DNA of 64,000 bases, taken from contig CAZLEV010000003.1 in the NCBI GenBank assembly GCA_964558645.1, positions 64,001 to 128,000 of the forward strand, read 5' to 3'. The notes beneath the pieces are model-generated. The model had not been told where the DNA came from. It ran no database searches and was given only the letters and a program-made list of their open reading frames with translations. This DNA comes from an uncultured archaeon (GTDB taxonomy: Archaea; Asgardarchaeota; Thorarchaeia; Thorarchaeales; Thorarchaeaceae). Both the position numbers and the translations under genes were made by a program. Below, piece by piece: positions 51,496 through 59,005 of this stretch (its first letter is position 1; every line of letters starts with the position of its first letter).

Positions 51496-54213
51496 TTATG
51501 GCCCCCTCCATTTGGTCACATAGCACGACAATCTCATTAGGGCAGCACAAAGTACCGAAATAAATGGAACAAAAATAATCGAAAATATACCGAATGAGAA
51601 TACTGGTATTACCAAAGCTGGCACTGGGCCAGACATGCCTCGGATGAACCCCAGTGAAGTGAAAGCTCCTATCGCCACGCCAACCATGATGAAAATCATC
51701 AGTGGTGCAATTTCCCAGTAGAGGAGACCACTGATTCTCTTGCGCCCAAAGCCGTGAATTTGTAAATTGCGAATTTCCTCAGCTCTGTTATTTCTGACCG
51801 ATGCAGTAAGTGAGAAAATACCTAATAATGAGAGCGGGATGGCAAAGAGAACACTGATTAGTCTGAAATCAACAAGAGAAACGCTCAGATTCATTTCTAA
51901 TGTATTAACATCATCTGCAGATTGAATCCGGTATATAGGTAGATTCATCATTTCAAGGGAGTGAATGACCTCTGATTTGACGGCGGAATCCTCAACGCGG
52001 ACGAGCACTCTATCACGAGTTGCAATGAGTCCCTCCAAGGCATCACAGAATTGAGTATTCACATATGACCATGTTTCTTCGCAGAGATATTCAGCGCCGG
52101 AACCAACAGACGATTCCACAAGGATGGGATCAGGTCCATATAGTCCAATAATGTGAAGAACCCATGAATGATCGTTGAGTGAGAGAGTTATGAAGTCGCC
52201 AATAGCTAAGCCAAGTCTAGCTGCCACTAGCCGTTCAAGGATAATTGTGTCATTGCTAACGAGTGATTGAATTCCTTGAGAGCTGTCATTGAATGCAAAC
52301 CAACTTCGACGGTAGTATGCTGCCGAAGTCCAGTTTTGCGGCTCAATTCCTCTTATTCTAATTCTGTCTGTAATGGCATCGAGAGAAAATTCGCGCTCTA
52401 CTGCGAGGGAATCGACTCCTGATAAGTCAAGGACTTTCTCCAATTCGAAACTATTATTTCCTACACTCAACTGAAATGAAATGTCAGAACCGTTTTCGAC
52501 GAGGGCAAACTCACGATGATGTGCCGTCATTATATCAAGAGATAGTGATGTCCAAGTAGCATAGCCAACGACAAGTGCGAGAATTAGAGCAAGATGGGCA
52601 TTACGTTCTCGATTTCGATAGAGATTCCTTGACGCAAGTATCCCAAGCGTGCCTTTGAGTCTGGCTGAAATGCCTGACAGCTCGTAAAGAACTCTTTCCG
52701 ATGTTGCGGATAAAGATGCTAGACCATACATGAGAAGCAGGGGGCCGATGACATTGAGAATGTAATCTATCGAAATCCACGTAGAGAATACGATTTGTAC
52801 AAAGACATCTTCGAAGCCGCCTGCAGCCATCATCATTTCGAAGGGGTCAATTCTGGCCATCCATGCAGCCATCTTGTAAATCCCTAAAGCTGTACAAAGA
52901 AGAGGAAGGCCAATACCTCGATTTCGTGTTTCTTCATAATGAGTAATCTTGTTGATTAATCCTTGAGAATGTTCAGCAAAGGAATGAAGAGTAACATGGG
53001 CGGTATATGCAGGTATTGATGCGGCAATCACCACTATCATCGAAAAGGCCGCTATATCTAAGGCCGCGGAATCAATATGAGAGAAGCTAGAATATGCACC
53101 AACAATTCCCAGCGTCAAGCCCACTACCAACGAAGCTAGTGTGACAACAAAAGAATGCCAATACTGTCCTATTCTAATGAAGCCCAGTGAATACCCCTTA
53201 GTTCTTAATAGACGGATTTCTCTCTTCTTCCTCTTAGCAGTCCGAATTCCCTGAATTCTTGCTATAATCAAGGTTAGAAAAATTATGGGAAGAAAGCTGG
53301 TAACAAGGTCAAATAATAGACTATCGTAATACTGCTTCAGACTACTCAGCTTGCCTTCAAGATTTGAACCGATAACATATCTTCCATTACCGCCTAATGC
53401 CAAAGTCAATTTAGTCTTCATTTCATCTATGAGATTGGTTACTGAGCCAAGGACTATGTTTTGTTGAACCAAGTCTTGATCCAGCGTTATGGCTGTGTGG
53501 CAAAGCAGCGCTGGGGATAAGCTTGTTGCTCTCTCAGAGATGAAATCCAGTATTGGTGCAATAGTTTCACCGAAATTGGTTAACACGACTGAAGCGGGAC
53601 TGGTTTGGCTTATCATTCCAGGTGCATTTGAATATTCGAAAAACAATGCTGAAAGGTCAATGTCTGTCGATACGAGTCCGGAAACTGTTAGATTAAGCGA
53701 CACGGAAGGTACAACTGAGCTTCCCTTCTCGAAATAAGGAATTGAAAAGGGTATTGTCGAGTTTAGGTCATAGTGGAGAGCAGCTTCAGTATTCACGACT
53801 ACAAGACACTGGTTAACATCCGGAATATCAAAGGCATCATGAAAAGTGAAATGTTGCCAGATATCCGAATCCGCCTCCAAAGCGACGAAACCCTTTGGCG
53901 ATTCTCCTCCGCTGGAAATGACAGATATGGCAACCGATTCCGCATGACCCACTCCTTCCACCGAATCCAGCAATGAAATGCGATTCTGTAGGTCTGATTC
54001 TGATAGAACGCCTTGATGCTGAACTGTCATGTCAAAAACAATTTGTTTGGTAGTATCAACTGCCGCCTGTCGAAATACAATATTCGAGGATAGAAAGAGG
54101 AGGGTCAATGCCAGAATAACAAGAAACGGACTGATGCAGTCACTAAGGAAATGCTTCTTCTTTCTGCGTATCTGTTTGGTCGAGTAGATACATGATTTAA
54201 AGATATGACTCAT
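51496..54213 (-). CDS. FtsX/MacB-like ABC permease
   Basis: REIRLLRTKGYS, RNLYRNRER, GSDI, EEIRNLQIHGF. Confidence 0.8.
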   Translation of the reverse strand: MSHIFKSCIYSTKQIRRKKKHFLSDCISPFLVILALTLLFLSSNIVFRQAAVDTTKQIVFDMTVQHQGVLSESDLQNRISLLDSVEGVGHAESVAISVISSGGESPKGFVALEADSDIWQHFTFHDAFDIPDVNQCLVVVNTEAALHYDLNSTIPFSIPYFEKGSSVVPSVSLNLTVSGLVSTDIDLSALFFEYSNAPGMISQTSPASVVLTNFGETIAPILDFISERATSLSPALLCHTAITLDQDLVQQNIVLGSVTNLIDEMKTKLTLALGGNGRYVIGSNLEGKLSSLKQYYDSLLFDLVTSFLPIIFLTLIIARIQGIRTAKRKKREIRLLRTKGYSLGFIRIGQYWHSFVVTLASLVVGLTLGIVGAYSSFSHIDSAALDIAAFSMIVVIAASIPAYTAHVTLHSFAEHSQGLINKITHYEETRNRGIGLPLLCTALGIYKMAAWMARIDPFEMMMAAGGFEDVFVQIVFSTWISIDYILNVIGPLLLMYGLASLSATSERVLYELSGISARLKGTLGILASRNLYRNRERNAHLALILALVVGYATWTSLSLDIMTAHHREFALVENGSDISFQLSVGNNSFELEKVLDLSGVDSLAVEREFSLDAITDRIRIRGIEPQNWTSAAYYRRSWFAFNDSSQGIQSLVSNDTIILERLVAARLGLAIGDFITLSLNDHSWVLHIIGLYGPDPILVESSVGSGAEYLCEETWSYVNTQFCDALEGLIATRDRVLVRVEDSAVKSEVIHSLEMMNLPIYRIQSADDVNTLEMNLSVSLVDFRLISVLFAIPLSLLGIFSLTASVRNNRAEEIRNLQIHGFGRKRISGLLYWEIAPLMIFIMVGVAIGAFTSLGFIRGMSGPVPALVIPVFSFGIFSIIFVPFISVLCAALMRLSCYVTKWRGP

Positions 54214-54236
54214 CAGTCCTTCTTCACTCCAGCAGA

Positions 54237-55214
54237 CTAAAAGCCTCTCTTCTTGCCGCTACGCTTTCTCTTGTTGCCTCGCCGATTATTACTTCTCGCA
54301 TTCTTTAGGGCTTTTACCGATATGAAGAACATCCCTACAAACACGCCAATCCCCGCTATTAGATAGACCATTGAAAATGGAATGCCAGCAGTCTGCACGG
54401 GTTCGCCAAGGTCAAAGCTGGTGTTAATCAGGGTGATTTTTCCGGATCCAGATGAAAGATTGCAGGTACCCATTAGAAAGAAATCTATCGGGCTATCCAC
54501 AATCTCAAGTAGCAATCCAGTGTCATAATCAAAACTGTACACCGAACTCTGATTTTTTCCGAGTACGTCTTCTCCCAAGGCATCAAAAGTATATATTCTT
54601 TGCAACCCATCCATTGTGTCAATTACAACTGGACTCTCATACGACCGGCGTTCCCCCATAAGAGGGTCAAAACCATTCCTTGAAGATAGTATCTTTCCTT
54701 CCCCTTGATCCTCTCGCTCTCCAAATAGCCTAAAGATGCCTGTCATACCGAGGTGAGCACCACTTCGAACTGTGTACTCTCCTGTTTCGGTATTCAAGCT
54801 GAAATTGAAACTCGCAGAATAATGGTATTTATCTGGATTTTGTGAGGTGAAGGAGGCATTGACCATGTTGATTTCATCTGTTTGTTCTATAACCTCAAGC
54901 TCAAGCGTCAGCTCTATCAAATCTCCCTCGTAGCCTACAACATACGTGGAATTCTCAAGTTGTACATGTGCAAATTCGAACTTGTACGTGAAAGTCAGCC
55001 CCTTAGAAAGGGGAGCGAGAGACATCTTCTTTTGTGTCCGCGGTTCGCCAGGTGCTGAGATACTACCAGAAACCTCATAGAGAGTGTTTGCATTTCCCAA
55101 TTGAGGGATGGAGGGAATTTGCACCATAAGCAGAATCAGTATTAGGTAAACAATGCAGATATTGTCGGATATTTGGTCTAGTTCATTCATTTGATACATT
55201 TCATCTACTCCCAA
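54237..55214 (-). CDS. Hypothetical membrane-anchored extracellular protein
   Basis: N-terminal hydrophobic segment, beta-rich body (FDYDTGLLL), C-terminal TM plus strongly basic tail. Confidence 0.7.
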   Translation of the reverse strand: MGVDEMYQMNELDQISDNICIVYLILILLMVQIPSIPQLGNANTLYEVSGSISAPGEPRTQKKMSLAPLSKGLTFTYKFEFAHVQLENSTYVVGYEGDLIELTLELEVIEQTDEINMVNASFTSQNPDKYHYSASFNFSLNTETGEYTVRSGAHLGMTGIFRLFGEREDQGEGKILSSRNGFDPLMGERRSYESPVVIDTMDGLQRIYTFDALGEDVLGKNQSSVYSFDYDTGLLLEIVDSPIDFFLMGTCNLSSGSGKITLINTSFDLGEPVQTAGIPFSMVYLIAGIGVFVGMFFISVKALKNARSNNRRGNKRKRSGKKRGF

Positions 55215-55267
55215 CTTGTATTTTGATCATTCATTTTCGAGTCATAAAACGATGGAGCCATAACCGG

Positions 55268-55308
55268 AAAAAAATCGGGCTGGTGGGCAACTAAACACCA
55301 ACCAGCCC
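55268..55308 (-). terminator. Hairpin plus U-tract after the small secreted protein gene
   Basis: GGGCTGGT...ACCAGCCC (55277-55308) followed on the minus strand by T7. Confidence 0.55.
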
Positions 55309-55365
55309 TCCTATTGTCTCTATCAATAATGAATCGACTAAGTTTCTACGAAGCTACTACTCTCA

Positions 55366-55827
55366 TTACACCCTCCAATCAACAAATACAAGATCGTTGC
55401 CTGTATCCCCTTGGAGATAGACATCAGTGTAAAGTTTGGTTGTCTTTCTTTCAATCTGGATCCAACCCCATGGAGACCATAATCCTGTTCCAAAGTCATA
55501 GAAGCAACTCACTCTTACAAAGTTGGAATACCCCATTGTATCCTCTTCTGTTTCGGGCGTATTGAATAGGACAACTGGCCAAACGATATGGTACTTGGGC
55601 ATTGAATCATACCACGTTAAATCCCAGTCTTCACCTTCTGCGGTCGTGCCTATTCCAATATACGACCCAAACCAGTTCCACCCAGTCCAAGCATCATCCA
55701 AATTGACCCTATATAGATGGGACTCATGCACAGCTTGCACAGTTGGTGTGACAAAGGCTACAACTGTGATGCCCGTAAAGGCAAGAGCTAGGGCCAATGA
55801 TGCCAAGTATATTTCTCTATTATTCAT
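55366..55827 (-). CDS. Small secreted Trp/aromatic-rich protein
   Basis: Signal peptide ending V-Q-A, ~120-aa mature part with 9 Trp; AGGTGA RBS upstream. Confidence 0.7.
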   Translation of the reverse strand: MNNREIYLASLALALAFTGITVVAFVTPTVQAVHESHLYRVNLDDAWTGWNWFGSYIGIGTTAEGEDWDLTWYDSMPKYHIVWPVVLFNTPETEEDTMGYSNFVRVSCFYDFGTGLWSPWGWIQIERKTTKLYTDVYLQGDTGNDLVFVDWRV

Positions 55828-56501
55828 CTTCTTTCACCTGTTTTACAGTTGCTTAGAAAGGAGATTCAGATGTTATTCTATCTCCATCCTCGGCGCAAGA
55901 GAGCAATCAGAACGTAGTATATCACTGGAATTTGTACTAAAGATTCGCATGCCGTCTCTGATGTGTACCTAGTATACACATAATCATAATCCTGCTCCTC
56001 TAATACCAAGCTTAGTTATTCGTTATAGAATATAAAGATGACCACGGTTCATGCATAGAAACGTGAATTGCCAAATCTATTCAAATTAATCGCTGGAATC
56101 ACCGGAGACATGCACCATCGAACATCGAAATGTATCGAAACGCTATATGAAAAGGCCCCATTTTTCGTGAAGTTGAAGCCATTTACGCTAGAATCTCATT
56201 TTGTTCACGGGAACAGGACGAGTCTATTTTCAACCGGGTAGAATGGAGACATTAAATTCACAGTACAGATGCATAAGCAACATCGTTTCTCTATGAAGCG
56301 TGATATAGGAAGGACCCTACAAAAACAGACAACGAGAGCGTCAATATCTTAACAAACGGACACAACGAAGGACACTGAGTGTGGAGTACTAATGCAGCGG
56401 TGGTAGGTGGCTGGATCCCATCTATGAGAATGGGCTCTGTGTGAAAAGTCGAGGAGAGTAATAGAAGGATATGTGACCAGACTGGCTGGTTCGCATGATT
56501 C

Positions 56502-57335
56502 ATGTCTTACTCTTCATCGTACGACACAGCCAAGTCTCGTCATCCTCAGTTCTTGCTCCATGAGCTTATGAAGCTTCGTACTATGGTCCCCACCCGATCC
56601 TCTACCCTGGGCCGACCTGTCGATTTTCCCCTCCCTGCTCTCTTTGTCCTCCTGGGCCTCAAGTTCGACTCCGGCCTCAGCTACCGGAGCTTCGTGGCCC
56701 AGCTCTCCTCCAACCCGCAGCTCCTTGAACTCCTCGGTCTTAAGCGGGCGCCAAGCTATTCCATCCTCCAACAGGCACTCAGACGATTGGACACCCAGCT
56801 CCTCCACCAGATGTACCGGCTGCTGGCTCGGAGGAGGCCTCCTCCCAGACACATCGCCGTGGACGCCACGGGGTTCTCTCACGCCACCGGGGGTGAGTGG
56901 TACTCCGTGCGGTTCAAAACGACGCGGAGACGACGGTTCCACGGCCTGCACAACGCCGTCGACCCAGATAGCCTGATGATCACTGCATCCCGGGTCCGGG
57001 CGGGTCCCGGTGGCGATGCACAGCACCTGGTGGCGCTGATCCGACGGATCAGTCCTGCAAGCATTGAGGTGGTCTACGGTGACAGGGGGTACATCTCACG
57101 GAAGAATGTCCAGTTCATCAGTGATGTCGGTGCGTATCCTGCCATCGAACCGAAGGAAAACGCGGTACTAAGGCCACGGGGGAATCCTGCCTACCGAGGT
57201 AGTTTCATCACTGCGCTTGTTCTTGTTTCGATTGGTGTTGCGTTGCTTCTCTTTGCATTCAGATATGCAAGACGGAATGGACTCTCTCGTTCAGATCGTA
57301 ATGAAACCCGTTTCTTCTCTGAAAAGGTCACATGA
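56502..57335 (+). pseudogene. IS5-family (DDE) transposase, C-terminally truncated and fused in frame to a duplicated MFS C-terminus
   Basis: LSYR..., AVDATGF (D1), YGDRGY (D2); no E-motif region; the sequence after GNPAYR switches to GSFITALVLVSIG (MFS tail); markedly GC-rich. Confidence 0.85.
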
Positions 57336-57578
57336 AGGGTCATCTCAGAGTTTCCTGCTTGCATCGTAGTCCTAACGCTCGCATGAGCATTGCTTGCCAT
57401 TTTTGCCGATATCATTTTAAGGATTCCGGGAGTGATTCGGATTAGGAAGCCGGTTTGGCGGAGCAGCTACGCAACAGACTGCAGATCTGTACCACCTGGG
57501 TGCAAATCCCAGAGCCGGCTCCACTTCTTCTCTGGTCTATTGTCAAGAGATTGTTAGTCGAGTCATGCTCACCAACTC
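57188..57578 (+). repeat. Direct repeat copy 2 (MFS 3' end, spacer, tRNA-Cys)
   Basis: Matches 47347..47737. Confidence 0.92.
57449..57523 (+). tRNA. tRNA-Cys(GCA), copy 2 (perfect T-stem)
   Basis: Same cloverleaf as copy 1 but with the CTGGG/CCCAG T-stem intact; U73, CCA encoded. Confidence 0.92.
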
Positions 57579-57685
57579 CGAAGAGCCGAAAGCCGTTCAA
57601 ATGGTACGCTAACGTCAGTGATTCGGAGGTCTTATCTGAATGGTACAGGATATAGATATGGAGATATGTGTATATAGAGGTGTCA

Positions 57686-58957
57686 TTGATGAAGACCTCC
57701 CGACAAGTCGGCCGTTTCGGCATTCTCATACTCATTGCAATAGCTGTCTTCTCCACTCCGATTCTCATCTGGCATTTAACAAGAGCCCCCTCTACTATGC
57801 AATTGCCTGCTCCCGATTTGGTGGGTTATCTCCCTCTCTCTGACGCCTTGGGTATTGATGTCGTCGATGATTCTTTTGAAGGTCAGGCTCTGAATCTAAC
57901 TGATGTTTCTCAGCTCTTGTGGTCGATGCAGGGGATGACCAGTGCTGCCGGGTTCAGAGTCGCTCCCTCTGCAGGGGGAACATATCCGCTTGAGGTCTTT
58001 GTAGCTGTGAACCGCGTGTCAGACCTAGAAACCGGTTTCTATCGCTACAATCCCAATGGTCATTCTTTGACCGAAGTTTCAATCAACGAAAGCGCAGATC
58101 TTACTGATTGCTTTGCTGTTGATGATAGGGTAGTTCTAGAAGAAGCGTCCGTTGTATTGGCAGTCTTCGCTGAATATGCACGAACGACACAGAGATATGG
58201 TGCGAGGGGGATTCAGTATGTTCATCTCGAGGTAGGCCATGTGCTACAGAATGCCTTTCTCCAGATGGCAGCCCTTGATCTGCGAACCAAGCCGATATTG
58301 AATTTGGATGAGGGAATGCTTCAAGGGTTCATGAATACCGCCTATCATCCTCTTCTCGTCTTGCCTGTTGGAAGATCTTGGACTCTTGGGCCATTGAGAA
58401 ACGTCCCGATGGATGGTACTGAAATGACCGTCGAGCAGGCAATCAACAGTCGCCGTTCTGTGAGAGATTACCTGAACCATAGTTTTCCTAATGAGAAGCT
58501 TCTTGAAATCCTTAACAGCTGCGCCTTGGCCCCTCTGATCGGAGGCAATGCATCGCATTACAGCTTACGTCTAGTATTGCGAGATGTTACGCTGCTTGAT
58601 ACAGGACTCCACGAATTCTCTTTGACAAATGGGACTCTTACAATGCTGAGCGATGAGAATCTGGTTGAAAGCATCTTCGAAGCAGGTCTCAGTCAGCCTT
58701 GGATTCGCGAAGCCCAGGTCAATCTGGTCATCTCTGCAGAGTTTGGATGGACGCGGCAATTGCATGATGCGGATTTTCAGTGGAGGATGATGCTTTACAA
58801 TATCGGGATGCTGAGCCAGATTGTCTATCTCAAGTGCGCGTCCATGGGTCTAGGTACCGTTGCAGTAGGCGGGCTCTATGAGGATCAGGTCGCCCAAGTA
58901 GTTCAAGTTCCTGAAGGGTTCACCTCTGTATACATCATGCCCATTGGAGTTCTATAA
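57686..58957 (+). CDS. SagB/ThcOx-family (nitroreductase fold) protein with two domains and an N-terminal TM
   Basis: RVAPSAGGTYPLEVF, RYGARG...LEVGH..QN; second domain RRSVRDY...GLGTVAVGG; GAGGTG RBS. Confidence 0.85.
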   Translation: MMKTSRQVGRFGILILIAIAVFSTPILIWHLTRAPSTMQLPAPDLVGYLPLSDALGIDVVDDSFEGQALNLTDVSQLLWSMQGMTSAAGFRVAPSAGGTYPLEVFVAVNRVSDLETGFYRYNPNGHSLTEVSINESADLTDCFAVDDRVVLEEASVVLAVFAEYARTTQRYGARGIQYVHLEVGHVLQNAFLQMAALDLRTKPILNLDEGMLQGFMNTAYHPLLVLPVGRSWTLGPLRNVPMDGTEMTVEQAINSRRSVRDYLNHSFPNEKLLEILNSCALAPLIGGNASHYSLRLVLRDVTLLDTGLHEFSLTNGTLTMLSDENLVESIFEAGLSQPWIREAQVNLVISAEFGWTRQLHDADFQWRMMLYNIGMLSQIVYLKCASMGLGTVAVGGLYEDQVAQVVQVPEGFTSVYIMPIGVL

Positions 58958-59005
58958 CTCAACTGCACAAGACCTATCTCTGTCCCCTGTGAATGAATCG
59001 CTCGA

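Larger units (their letters stand above)
47738..57187. mobile_element. Genomic island between duplicated tRNA-Cys loci
   Basis: Bracketed by the 391-bp direct repeat, visibly AT-richer cargo, transposase remnant at the right end; no integrase seen. Confidence 0.6.

Noticed and set aside
47738-57187. Provirus or integrative conjugative element at tRNA-Cys
   Set aside because: No integrase, replication, capsid or conjugation genes between the repeats
55366-58957. Thiazole/oxazole RiPP cluster (SagB with the small protein as precursor)
   Set aside because: No YcaO or E1-like gene; the small protein has a Sec-type signal and no Cys/Ser-rich core; SagB lies outside the repeat-bounded island
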